IMG/VR virus record: IMGVR_UViG_3300046804_000816
Coordinates: 12,274-76,273 of that record
Reading direction: 5' to 3' (one strand)
DNA from: a virus
Length of the DNA stretch: 64,000 nucleotides
In this document: positions 14,956-23,894 of the stretch, piece by piece
Layout of the letters: each line of letters starts with the position of its first letter
Numbering within the stretch: position 1 is the first letter of the stretch
Made by a program: the position numbers and the translations under genes
The notes under the pieces: model-generated
The model's database searches: none
What the model was told of the DNA's origin: nothing
The model's input: only the letters and a program-made list of their open reading frames with translations

Positions 14956-15534
14956 ATGAATACAGCCTTTATCATTGGTAACGGTACGACCCGTAAAGGG
15001 TTTGATCTTTCCAGACTCAAGTCGTATGGAACAATCTATGGATGCAATGCGCTTTATCGTGATTTCCCTGATCACTCTATTCCTGATTTCCTCGTTGCTA
15101 TTGATGACGGTATTATTGCAGAGATAGAAGGAAGCGCATTTCCTTCTAGACGTGTGATCATTCCGCCTATGGATGAGCGATGGGAACCGGCTGAATGTAA
15201 TATTGGTCGTCCTCGTAGCAATGCAGGCATGAATGCAATGCGCGAAGCTATCAAGGCTGGATACGATCAGTTGATCTGTCTTGGCTTTGATTTCATGATC
15301 GAAGACGACAAGCAACTACTGTCGAATATGTACGATGGTACGGAAAACTACGGACCCAGCACTCGTGCGAACGCAGCTGATAACCCTGGTCGCCTGAACT
15401 ATATGCAATGGCTTGTATCTAAGAATCCAGAAGTGGACTTCATTTATATTTTTCCTAGCGACTTGACAATTAGCAAGATTCATGGTAAAAATGTATATTA
15501 CAACTCTTACGAAAACCTTCTGAAGCATACATAG
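14956..15534 (+). CDS. CstII/MAF-like (sialyltransferase-fold) protein
   Basis: FIIGNG...GCNA.YR...LVAID...SNAG..A......ICLGFD pattern. Confidence 0.55.
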   Translation: MNTAFIIGNGTTRKGFDLSRLKSYGTIYGCNALYRDFPDHSIPDFLVAIDDGIIAEIEGSAFPSRRVIIPPMDERWEPAECNIGRPRSNAGMNAMREAIKAGYDQLICLGFDFMIEDDKQLLSNMYDGTENYGPSTRANAADNPGRLNYMQWLVSKNPEVDFIYIFPSDLTISKIHGKNVYYNSYENLLKHT

Positions 15535-15560
15535 ACATACAAATCTCAGAAGGAGGGATT

Positions 15561-16946
15561 ATGGTCAAGAAAATCTTTTTAGAAAAGTCTTATCGCGATC
15601 AGATGGATCATGTTCTGGGTAAGTTCCTGGATCATGATTGCTATGATCTTGTGCTTACTGAAGACACTGATGTTTATGAGCCATTGACGCCACTACAGAT
15701 TATGATGGGCGAAACACATAGCGAGAAGAACATTCTGTGCAAGTTCCGTAAGAATGTGTTTCCTAAAGAGATGACCGATAAGGCTTATACTGCGCTTCGT
15801 TCCGGCGCGCTGATGTCAGACAATCGTGGTCTTGCTGCAGGCATCGAGCGCGATACTGAGTTTCAGAAACTGCCAGACGGTCAGGGGCAGCGTCGTTGGG
15901 TTACGCAACGCGAGAAAGCTGTTCTTCAGTATATCATGGATGGCAGTCCTAAGTCGATTGCTGGTGAAGATCGGCTGCTGGAAATCTACGAGACTACATC
16001 TAACAAACCTTTGCAAGGACGTGGCTCTGGTGCTAACAAGTCTCTCGCAGAAATTGGTGCTGGTGCTATCTGGATCGTGCATAAGACGACTGAGTTCAAG
16101 TTCGACGACTGGTTCTTTTCCATCAAAGATCTTTCTCCCGAAGAACGTAGAGACAAAGCGCAGTATGTTCTCGATGAACTGATTTCTGCTTCAACGTATG
16201 CTAATGGCGTTCGTTCAGGCGTCGGTGGCTTCATGGATCGCTATCCGCGTATTCCATTCTGTCGTGAGACTGGCTGGAGTGCGAATCACAAAGAACTGTA
16301 TGAAGACGCGCTTCCGCTGTTCCATGCTGCTGCGAATGTTTACAAGAACGAGCTTCCCGTAAGATACATGGGTCAGATGGAAGCTATGGAGCGTCTTGGT
16401 CCTGATTGGCAGATTGGTCATACGCCTTACACAACGCTCACTATCAATCGCGACTTCCGCACAGCAGCGCATCGCGACGTTGGTGATCTCTGCGAGTCCT
16501 GGGAAACGCATGAGAATCCGCGTGGATTTAGCAATTTGCTCGTACTAGATAATGGAAAGAACTACAACGGATTTTATCTGTGCTTCCCTGAGTTCCGCGT
16601 TGCAGCAGATATTCGTGCTGGCGATTTGATTATGATGAACGCGCATCGTATTCATAGCAATAGTCCTGCATTTGATTATGAAGAAGGCTTTGAGCGTATG
16701 TCGGTCGTGATGTACTTCCGCGAGTCCATGCTTAATTGTGGCTCTAAGAAGTACGAAGAAACGAGAAAGCGTTTTGTTTATTCTCGTCGCGATAATAAAG
16801 ATCATCCTCTCTGGCATACAGGTTGGAATGGTGTCTCACCAAATATGTGGGAAACTGAAGAATGGGCTAACTTCTTGGGTAACAGCGGATTCCCAGAGGA
16901 AGCAAATGAAATCCTACATAATCTTGGTCTAGAGCCAGCGCACTAA
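15561..16946 (+). CDS. TET/JBP-family 5-methylpyrimidine dioxygenase
   Basis: NRGLAAG, GFMDRYPRIPFCRET, TTLTINRDFRTAAHRD (HxD), LCFPEFRVAADIRAGD..MMNAHRIHSN (distal H), ERMSVVMYFRE (2OG-binding R). Confidence 0.9.
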   Translation: MVKKIFLEKSYRDQMDHVLGKFLDHDCYDLVLTEDTDVYEPLTPLQIMMGETHSEKNILCKFRKNVFPKEMTDKAYTALRSGALMSDNRGLAAGIERDTEFQKLPDGQGQRRWVTQREKAVLQYIMDGSPKSIAGEDRLLEIYETTSNKPLQGRGSGANKSLAEIGAGAIWIVHKTTEFKFDDWFFSIKDLSPEERRDKAQYVLDELISASTYANGVRSGVGGFMDRYPRIPFCRETGWSANHKELYEDALPLFHAAANVYKNELPVRYMGQMEAMERLGPDWQIGHTPYTTLTINRDFRTAAHRDVGDLCESWETHENPRGFSNLLVLDNGKNYNGFYLCFPEFRVAADIRAGDLIMMNAHRIHSNSPAFDYEEGFERMSVVMYFRESMLNCGSKKYEETRKRFVYSRRDNKDHPLWHTGWNGVSPNMWETEEWANFLGNSGFPEEANEILHNLGLEPAH

Positions 16947-16959
16947 CAAAGGATTTGTA

Positions 16960-18519
16960 ATGTATTGTGTGATTCCAGCTGCGGGTCGTGGTGTTCGTTT
17001 CCATGAGCTCGGAAAGCACTACCCCAAATGTGTTCTTCCGTTTCAAGATGTACCAATTATCGTTCACAACATTAGACTGGCTCTCGATTCGGGAGCCAGA
17101 GAAGTATGTATCGTAGTCGGACATCAAGGAAACAAGATTCGCGAAATCGTTGGGATGTACTTTCCTGAAGATCCACGAATTGTGTTTGAAGAATACAGAA
17201 CAGCCGCAGATAGAGAAGGACCTGGCGTCTCGATCTACTGCGGCATCCCTTCAGATATCAAAGAAGAACCTGTTCTCGTTCTTCTCAGCGATATCGTCAT
17301 TACTTCTCCCACGCTAAATTCATACAGAACGTCCTGGATTAGCACGCAGAAAGTTGCTGATTGGGAACGTTGGTGTATGGCTGAAATAAAAGAAGACGAA
17401 ATCGTTGCATTTCATGATAAGCCAAGAGATATGCCACCAACAGATCGTGCTGTCAGTGGCGTTTACTATTTCCAGAACGGTGAGTTCTTTAGACATTGCT
17501 TGATTGATGCAATTCATGGTACGCGCGAAGGAGAAGTACAAATATCTTCTGCGATGTCGCGTTACATGAAGCAAGAAAAGATTCACAGCAAGAATCTTGA
17601 TATCATTGACTTTGGCACGCTGGAAGAATATCTTCAGAACAGAAGCGTTCCCAATTCGCGCAGTTTCAATAGTCTCTTTCCCTCCAGCGACGGCACGACT
17701 ATCACGAAGACTTCTGTCGTTCATCCAGACAAGATTCATGCAGAAGCGAACTGGTACGATAATCTACCGACTCCCATCAAAGTGATGACGCCACGCATCT
17801 TCGACAAGAAGTTGTATGGCGATCGTCCGACTTACACGATGGAGCGCGTCGATAGTCCTACGTTGCGCGAGCTTTATCTGTATCTCGAATCTGATCCTAT
17901 CTTCTGGGCTGAGATCTTTACGAAACTGTTTGATCTTACCGACAAGTTCAAATTCTATTTCAAGCCAGGCAAGCCACAGTTCTTCAAGAAGATTGCTGAG
18001 AAAACCCATCAGCGATGCTTGCTGATTGAGAAAGATAGTCCTAGATGCCAGGACGTTGACTTTATAGAAAAGTTCACGAAGATGGCTGAAGACGGCGAGT
18101 TTGATATATTCCCCGATTCGCTGTTTCACGGCGATCTGTGCTTCTCGAATGTGTTCTTTCATCCAGGCAGCAAACAGATCAAGCTGATCGACCCGCGCGG
18201 TGATGCGTACGGTAACATTCTGTATGATTTGGCTAAGATTACACATTCAGCCTATTATCCATACGACTATGTGGACGCGGAGCTTTATCTAAATAAGAAT
18301 GGCGAGACGTTGTACTTTGATAGTGGTAAAGAAATTGTTCGCCAAGCATACAAGAAACTATTCGTAGCCAAATATGGCGAATCTGCTTGGCGCATTAATT
18401 TGTTCTTGACAGCGTCTCTATTTTTGAGTATGATACCACTTCACTCACACAACAAGGTGAATCAAGAGTTATTCTATGCCCTCTATCGTAAGGCGGCCGC
18501 AGACAGCGGAATTGTTTGA
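16960..18519 (+). CDS. Sugar-phosphate nucleotidyltransferase fused to APH/choline-kinase-like kinase
   Basis: IPAAGRGVRF....PKC N-domain; FHGDLCFSNV, LIDPRG, YDLAK, LFLSMIPLH kinase domain. Confidence 0.9.
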   Translation: MYCVIPAAGRGVRFHELGKHYPKCVLPFQDVPIIVHNIRLALDSGAREVCIVVGHQGNKIREIVGMYFPEDPRIVFEEYRTAADREGPGVSIYCGIPSDIKEEPVLVLLSDIVITSPTLNSYRTSWISTQKVADWERWCMAEIKEDEIVAFHDKPRDMPPTDRAVSGVYYFQNGEFFRHCLIDAIHGTREGEVQISSAMSRYMKQEKIHSKNLDIIDFGTLEEYLQNRSVPNSRSFNSLFPSSDGTTITKTSVVHPDKIHAEANWYDNLPTPIKVMTPRIFDKKLYGDRPTYTMERVDSPTLRELYLYLESDPIFWAEIFTKLFDLTDKFKFYFKPGKPQFFKKIAEKTHQRCLLIEKDSPRCQDVDFIEKFTKMAEDGEFDIFPDSLFHGDLCFSNVFFHPGSKQIKLIDPRGDAYGNILYDLAKITHSAYYPYDYVDAELYLNKNGETLYFDSGKEIVRQAYKKLFVAKYGESAWRINLFLTASLFLSMIPLHSHNKVNQELFYALYRKAAADSGIV

Positions 18520-18868
18520 AAACAGCCTTGTGGTCGATCTAGATCACACACTATGCGTTGGCGATCTTAACATACACAGTTCAGTCGACCGATACGCCAG
18601 CGCAGAACCAATCACAGAAACAATCGAGAAATTGCGTGAAGCGCATAGTAAAGGCTGGTACATTACCATTCTTACTGCGCGCCATATGCGCACAACGAAC
18701 AACGACGTTGAGTATGCGTTCAACAAGCTAGGCAAAATCACTGAAGACTGGCTTGATAGACACAACGTTCCGTTCGATCAACTTGTGTTTGGTAAGCCAT
18801 ATGGTATGTGGTATATCGACGATAAAGCAATGACATTGGATACATTTGTAAATGACTTCGAGCCCTAA
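18476..18868 (+). CDS. HAD phosphatase (EcbF/BcbF capsule-biosynthesis type)
   Basis: VVDLDHTLC, TAR.M, FGKP...YIDDK. Confidence 0.85.
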   Translation: MPSIVRRPQTAELFENSLVVDLDHTLCVGDLNIHSSVDRYASAEPITETIEKLREAHSKGWYITILTARHMRTTNNDVEYAFNKLGKITEDWLDRHNVPFDQLVFGKPYGMWYIDDKAMTLDTFVNDFEP

Positions 18869-19682
18869 GATTATAATCACTACGTTCATGCGCGAAGACA
18901 AGCAGAAAGCTGTCTTCCAGATTCCTGCGTCGTTGCACGAGCACGTCTATATGTTCACGCGAGTAGATCGCGTCGATGAGCTGCGTAAGTATGTTCCTGA
19001 AACGATTCGCATCATCGGCAATCCTATGGATATCGACGGCATCGCAGATATTCGTCAGCGTTGCATCGAGCAAGTTCCGAAGGGAAAGGTGTGGGTCATC
19101 GACGATCTCTGCACCTTTGGATGGCGCGACGATAATCTAAAACAGTACAACGATATGGACAAGCAGAAATGGCTAAGTCTGTATAACAAGATGAACGATA
19201 TGCTCGACGAGTATATGCAGGTAGGTATCTCAGCTCGCGGCGGCAACAATCATGTGACAGATCCCTTCAAGGAAGTCGGTCGTGCATACACCACGTATGG
19301 ATTGCGCACAGACTGGATGGAGCGCGAAGGTATTCGTTTCGACGGTATGTATCAGCAGAATCCGAACGTAAAGCTCTACGAAGATTACTGGATCACGCTC
19401 TCGATGCTGACTAAGGGATTCAAGAACGCGATCATCTACAACTTCTTCTTCAATTATGTTCACAACAACACTGGAGGTAATTCAACATTCAGAACGCTAG
19501 AACTACAAGAACAAGCAGCGTATGAATTGCAAAAGCATTTCCCTCAGTTCGTTACAGTAGAAACTAAAGAAGGAACATGGGGAAAGATGGGTATGGAGAA
19601 TCGTAAAGAAGTTCGCATACAGTGGCAGAAAGCATATCAAAGCTCACAGTTCACTAACAATCTCGAATCGTTCTTCTCGTAA
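18852..19682 (+). CDS. TET/J-associated GT-A glycosyltransferase (TAGT/GREB1-like)
   Basis: IADIRQ..., WVIDD, EDY...L.ML.KGF.N, GGNS.FRT, EVRIQWQKAY. Confidence 0.8.
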   Translation: MTSSPKIIITTFMREDKQKAVFQIPASLHEHVYMFTRVDRVDELRKYVPETIRIIGNPMDIDGIADIRQRCIEQVPKGKVWVIDDLCTFGWRDDNLKQYNDMDKQKWLSLYNKMNDMLDEYMQVGISARGGNNHVTDPFKEVGRAYTTYGLRTDWMEREGIRFDGMYQQNPNVKLYEDYWITLSMLTKGFKNAIIYNFFFNYVHNNTGGNSTFRTLELQEQAAYELQKHFPQFVTVETKEGTWGKMGMENRKEVRIQWQKAYQSSQFTNNLESFFS

Positions 19683-19693
19683 AGGAAACAAGA

Positions 19694-20053
19694 ATGTCTT
19701 CAATGGATTTCATCGTCGGAGTACTCGTCTCGGCTGCATCGTGGATGATTGGTATCGCGCTCGCACGATACGTGATGCGTAAATATCTTGGATGGGGCGA
19801 CACAGCTACGGAAATCAGTTCTACGCATACAGACGACATCGTCGACTTCGACAAAAGCGAGCGCCCGTACATTCCTATTCGTATTGTTAAAGAACATGGA
19901 CAGTACTATGCGTGGTTCGCGCTGAATGATTCGTTCATCGGTCAGGCTGATAAGTTATATGAGCTGCGCCAAATGGCCCACGACAATATACTAAAACAGA
20001 TCGGGCTTAGACTTGAGTTTGACATCGATTTGAAGCAAAAGAAAAAGCCTTGA
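19694..20053 (+). CDS. Membrane-anchored hypothetical protein
   Basis: N-terminal TM, FIGQ motif. Confidence 0.7.
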   Translation: MSSMDFIVGVLVSAASWMIGIALARYVMRKYLGWGDTATEISSTHTDDIVDFDKSERPYIPIRIVKEHGQYYAWFALNDSFIGQADKLYELRQMAHDNILKQIGLRLEFDIDLKQKKKP

Positions 20054-20078
20054 CAATTATCCTATAGCGCGCTAGAAT
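20050..20078 (+). promoter_or_regulatory. Early sigma70 promoter
   Basis: TTGACA-17-TAGAAT. Confidence 0.85.
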
Positions 20079-20105
20079 TAAGAGTTAGCTATGGAGTAAT
20101 CAAAA

Positions 20106-20399
20106 ATGTCTATGGTTCAGCTCAAGGCGCGCTATAGTGAAGCTAAAGTAGCAGGTAAACGAAAATCCAAGGTTTGTAAGTTCAATCCTAACATAAAATA
20201 TGTCGAACACAGTCTAGCTCTAGTTGAAGCTAAAGCTATACTACACGATCGTGATCTTAGCTTTACCGATAAATTCTCGATCTTAGCTATAATTAAAATC
20301 ATCGAGCGTAAGCTAGACTTTCATTATAAGCACAACGACTTCGACTTGACTATAGCTACAGCAGAGCTCAAGCGCGCCAGAAAATTATTAAAAATATAA
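20106..20399 (+). CDS. Basic early hypothetical protein in a TAGCT-rich island
   Basis: GGAG SD, own promoter and terminator. Confidence 0.7.
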   Translation: MSMVQLKARYSEAKVAGKRKSKVCKFNPNIKYVEHSLALVEAKAILHDRDLSFTDKFSILAIIKIIERKLDFHYKHNDFDLTIATAELKRARKLLKI

Positions 20400-20411
20400 A
20401 TCCAGCAAAAT

Positions 20412-20441
20412 CAGGGGCTTAGTCGCTAAGTCCCTGTTTTT
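20412..20441 (+). terminator. Intrinsic terminator
   Basis: CAGGGGCTTAG/CTAAGTCCCTG + T5. Confidence 0.8.
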
Positions 20442-20448
20442 ATTAGCC

Positions 20449-20477
20449 TTGACAACTCGCCCTTTCCGTGATAGAAT
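20449..20477 (+). promoter_or_regulatory. Early sigma70 promoter
   Basis: TTGACA-17-TAGAAT. Confidence 0.85.
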
Positions 20478-20504
20478 GTATATATGATGAAAATGGAGAA
20501 AAAA

Positions 20505-20708
20505 ATGAGTGACACGAAAACGGTAGTGAAAAAGCTGGTTTCTTCGGTTGCAGATGCCAATGGTTATGCGTATACCGCAGGTTACCTTGAATCGCTGCTT
20601 GTAGAGATTATCGAGCGAAACGTCAAGGATAAAGACAAGCTCCAGCTGCTGCATGTCGAGCTTCTGATGAAGGCTATCGACGCCAAATTAGATAAAATGG
20701 CCGCTTGA
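20505..20708 (+). CDS. Early hypothetical protein
   Basis: GGAG SD; YAYTAGYLESLL motif. Confidence 0.7.
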   Translation: MSDTKTVVKKLVSSVADANGYAYTAGYLESLLVEIIERNVKDKDKLQLLHVELLMKAIDAKLDKMAA

Positions 20709-20733
20709 CAACCGTCTCCGCCCGTGATAGAAT
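20705..20733 (+). promoter_or_regulatory. Early sigma70 promoter
   Basis: TTGACA-17-TAGAAT. Confidence 0.85.
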
Positions 20734-20758
20734 ATGTTATATGATGAAAGGAAACGAA

Positions 20759-20998
20759 ATGGCTAACCTTACCGCTTATCAGGTTCTCCGCCTTATCGCC
20801 AACGCCAAGTTCCGTCAGATGGATTCCTACGATCTTCAGGCGTTCGCTGGCGTTGAGAACACCGATGCGCTGATTCACTACGCGGATGAAGCCTACGAAA
20901 AATATACGATCATTCTCGACGGTGAGAAAGTCTGTCTGGTCGACGAGTGGGGCTACGAGTCTCACTACGAGCTTGGCGAGAACGTTTTCGCTCGATAG
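20759..20998 (+). CDS. Early hypothetical protein
   Basis: AAGGA SD before ATG 20759. Confidence 0.7.
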   Translation: MANLTAYQVLRLIANAKFRQMDSYDLQAFAGVENTDALIHYADEAYEKYTIILDGEKVCLVDEWGYESHYELGENVFAR

Positions 20999-21007
20999 GG
21001 GTATATC

Positions 21008-21205
21008 ATGTCTATCAATGAATATGTCACATTGGCTGAGCGCATTGAGTCGCTGATTCGACGGACTGGGACTTACAATAAGTCCAAAGAGCGCATTCTC
21101 GAAGAGTTGCTCTTTATCGCGCAAGATCTTCGCGCTCAGGCTGATTGGTTAGATGCGGCTATGGAAAAGGAGCTTTGCGATGAACGACACGTTTCTGCCC
21201 GCTGA
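21008..21205 (+). CDS. Hypothetical protein
   Basis: Tightly packed early operon. Confidence 0.65.
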   Translation: MSINEYVTLAERIESLIRRTGTYNKSKERILEELLFIAQDLRAQADWLDAAMEKELCDERHVSAR

Positions 21206-21383
21206 TCCAGCGTCTTCGCGCGACGAGATCGTCGAAGCATTGTATGAGCGCCTGAAGGAAGTGCGTCGAGCGAGCTTAGTCAAGTTTCCGCTCGAAGACG
21301 AATTTGAACTGGGTATCAACTGTCGTCTAGCCAACGAAGCTGAGTGGCTGGAAGATCTGCTCGACAAGATTGAGAGGAGCTGA
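21180..21383 (+). CDS. Hypothetical protein
   Basis: AAGGAG SD before ATG 21180. Confidence 0.65.
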   Translation: MNDTFLPADPASSRDEIVEALYERLKEVRRASLVKFPLEDEFELGINCRLANEAEWLEDLLDKIERS

Positions 21384-21385
21384 CT

Positions 21386-21874
21386 ATGCCTAACTGGTGC
21401 CACAATATCTTTACGGTTTCGCACGAAGATCCCGCGATGATCACTAAGTTCGCGGAAGCTCTAAAGGCTGAGAATCTGTTCCAGACATTTGTTCCGCTCT
21501 CGACCGAAGAGTGGGAATATGGTACAGCCACGGAAGAGTGGGGCACCAAGTGGGACGTGACGTATGGCGATGTTTCTATCGAAGAAGATGGTAAGACTTG
21601 CCACGGCTGGTTTGAAACAGCGTGGGGTCCAGGCATTCGCGCATACGAAAAACTGTTTGATCACGGCTTCGACGTTGATGTTGTTTATCATGAGCCTGGA
21701 ATGTGCTTCGCTGGTCGATTTACTTCGCCGTTCGATGACTACTGCGTAGAGTATGACTTCTCGAACGAGAACTGGCGCGAGGAAATCGACGACGATGAAA
21801 TAGTCGATATGCTAGAACAAGAATACCAAAACTGGCTAGAGTGGCAGGAAGAAGAAAATCAAGAGGTGAAGTGA
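21386..21874 (+). CDS. YubB/DUF1281 ferredoxin-like protein
   Basis: MPNWC.N, WGTKWD, FETAWGP, HEPGM.FAG. Confidence 0.8.
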   Translation: MPNWCHNIFTVSHEDPAMITKFAEALKAENLFQTFVPLSTEEWEYGTATEEWGTKWDVTYGDVSIEEDGKTCHGWFETAWGPGIRAYEKLFDHGFDVDVVYHEPGMCFAGRFTSPFDDYCVEYDFSNENWREEIDDDEIVDMLEQEYQNWLEWQEEENQEVK

Positions 21875-22074
21875 TGCCTTACGTTGAAGTAGAGATCGAT
21901 CTTCACGACTTTGAAACAGAAGACTTGATCAGAGAACTGAAGAATCGAAACCGTTACAATGAGCAAGACATTGATGTCTTATACAAGATTCGCTCAGCCT
22001 ATATACTAGAGAAGCCAGAGCAGTTTCGTAAGACTTTGGAAAAGATTCTAGATGAGAATGGTATGCGTGTATGA
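21874..22074 (+). CDS. Hypothetical protein
   Basis: VEVEIDLHDF.TEDLI.EL..R motif. Confidence 0.65.
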   Translation: MPYVEVEIDLHDFETEDLIRELKNRNRYNEQDIDVLYKIRSAYILEKPEQFRKTLEKILDENGMRV

Positions 22075-22301
22075 CCGACGAAGAAATCGTAAAAGATCGT
22101 TTCGTGAAGTTCATCTACGAAACGATGGAACACATCGATCGTGGTACGCCTGGCGACAACGCCAGATTCATCACGAACGTGACTTTCGAAGTTATACTGA
22201 AAACGTGGGAAGACGTACACGGCGCAGAGAAGATGGCTGAATATTTCTATCAGATCGCGGACTCGCTGGTCGATAGGTCTAATCTGGAGAATCTGTTTTG
22301 A
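22071..22301 (+). CDS. Hypothetical protein
   Basis: ATGA coupling. Confidence 0.65.
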   Translation: MTDEEIVKDRFVKFIYETMEHIDRGTPGDNARFITNVTFEVILKTWEDVHGAEKMAEYFYQIADSLVDRSNLENLF

Positions 22302-22876
22302 TTATTGGCATCTGTGGATTGATCGGCTCGGGCAAAGGTACCGTAGCTGACATTCTAGAAGAGCATCATTGTTTCGATAAAGTATCGTTCGCAGATACGC
22401 TGAAGAACGCAGCCGCAACGATCTTTAGATGGGATCGTGCTATGCTCGAAGGCGATACCAAGGACTCGCGTGAGAAGCGCGAACAAGTCGACGAATGGTG
22501 GGCTGAGCGTCTTGGTATTCCCGACTTCTCGCCTCGTTATCTGCTTCAGTACATGGGCACCGAAGTGATGCGAAACAATCTCCATCCCGATATCTGGGTT
22601 CTATCGCTGGAACGTAAGATTATCGAGTGTGGTCCTGGCGACTATGTTGTGCCCGACGTTCGCTTTCCTAACGAGATCCGTATGATCAAGCGGAATGGCG
22701 GAAAGGTATGGCACGTTCAGCGTGGCGAGTTGCCTGATTGGTTTGGGCAGAATCCTTCGCACATTCACGCGAGCGAGACTTCGTGGAACAACGAGATATT
22801 CGACGCCACGATTTACAATAATGGCACAATCGACGATCTAAAACTAACTGTTGACAACCTGCTCAAAGCGTGGTAG
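22298..22876 (+). CDS. Deoxynucleoside monophosphate kinase (T4 gp1-like)
   Basis: GICGLIGSGKGT P-loop, SFAD.LK, R..LQ..GTE..R, DVRFPNE, H.SE. Confidence 0.92.
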   Translation: MIIGICGLIGSGKGTVADILEEHHCFDKVSFADTLKNAAATIFRWDRAMLEGDTKDSREKREQVDEWWAERLGIPDFSPRYLLQYMGTEVMRNNLHPDIWVLSLERKIIECGPGDYVVPDVRFPNEIRMIKRNGGKVWHVQRGELPDWFGQNPSHIHASETSWNNEIFDATIYNNGTIDDLKLTVDNLLKAW

Positions 22877-22879
22877 AAT
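22851..22879 (+). promoter_or_regulatory. Early sigma70 promoter
   Basis: TTGACA-17-TAGAAT. Confidence 0.8.
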
Positions 22880-22896
22880 ATACTATGTAATGGAGA

Positions 22897-23277
22897 ATGG
22901 TTATGAATGTTGGCGAAGAAGTCACTATCCGCGTTCGCGATCCGCGCGATCCCGCGGTTTTTGCTGCTGGCGTAGTACATACGATCAGCGAATATACTGG
23001 CAAGATCCTGCCTAATCCCAAGTGGGTATCGAGCGACGTTATCTGCCTATCCACCGGCGATACGCTCTTTCCGTTCCGTATCATCGATCGCGAGCGTATC
23101 ATCGATCTGGGTATTCCTGCGGCTGCTTCTTCTGCGCCGCGTACAGAAACGTTCATCGTGAACGGTTCAAAGCCTGGAACGACTTATACTGTAACACGCG
23201 ATGGCTCTCACTGGAGCTGTACTTGTGTTGGCTTTGGTTTCCGCAAAGATTGCAAGCACGTCAGGGAGTGTAAGTGA
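22897..23277 (+). CDS. SWIM zinc-finger protein
   Basis: WSCTC.GF.FRKDCKH. Confidence 0.85.
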   Translation: MVMNVGEEVTIRVRDPRDPAVFAAGVVHTISEYTGKILPNPKWVSSDVICLSTGDTLFPFRIIDRERIIDLGIPAAASSAPRTETFIVNGSKPGTTYTVTRDGSHWSCTCVGFGFRKDCKHVRECK

Positions 23278-23495
23278 TGACTGACATTGTTCAATGGCTA
23301 CGCAACAAATCTAGCGAACATAACATGTATCGCTGCGATGAAGCCGCCGACCGCATTGAGCAACTGGAGGCGGCTTTGCGGGCGGTCGTAACAAACTGGG
23401 AAGTCCCAACATACGGGCATGATGCGGACAAATTAGACAATGTTTTTGACGCAATAGAGTTAGCCCGCGCTGCGCTGGAGAATAAAAATGACTGA
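23274..23495 (+). CDS. Ead/Ea22-like small coiled-coil protein
   Basis: DIVQWLR...EAADRIEQLEAALR...ARAALE. Confidence 0.7.
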   Translation: MMTDIVQWLRNKSSEHNMYRCDEAADRIEQLEAALRAVVTNWEVPTYGHDADKLDNVFDAIELARAALENKND

Positions 23496-23682
23496 GCGTT
23501 TACCACCAGATGTGTTCTATGAATACGACGAAAAGAAAAGCGCATTTCTTCGTGATCGCATCGAGCAACTGGAAGCGGCGCTGCGGGTCATATGCGATGG
23601 CCCGCGTGATGCTGACAAATCTTACCCTGAATTGCTTGCGGAAGTACGTTGTGAAGCCCGTGCTGCGTTGGAGAAGAAGTGA
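23488..23682 (+). CDS. Paralogue of upstream Ead/Ea22-like protein
   Basis: DRIEQLEAALR...ARAALE shared at DNA level. Confidence 0.7.
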   Translation: MTERLPPDVFYEYDEKKSAFLRDRIEQLEAALRVICDGPRDADKSYPELLAEVRCEARAALEKK

Positions 23683-23894
23683 TGGACACGGTTCGCATTG
23701 AATATATGATGGTGAACGGAGACGGCGCAGTCGTCATGAACTGGACTACCCATGCAGGATCTGTTCAGAACGATCCTCAGGTTTATGTTTCTCGCGCATA
23801 CAGTATGCTAAACGCATTCAGCAACAATCGCGATAGAGTTCGTGTTCGTGTTGTGAGCGAACAGACCAATCGAATAGTGGATATCATTCAATGA
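23679..23894 (+). CDS. Hypothetical protein
   Basis: Coupled ORF. Confidence 0.6.
   Translation: MMDTVRIEYMMVNGDGAVVMNWTTHAGSVQNDPQVYVSRAYSMLNAFSNNRDRVRVRVVSEQTNRIVDIIQ

Noticed and set aside
15463-15492. TTGACA upstream of the TET cluster as an early promoter
   Set aside because: The -10 at 17-nt spacing is TAAAAA, lacking the conserved final T; too weak to call
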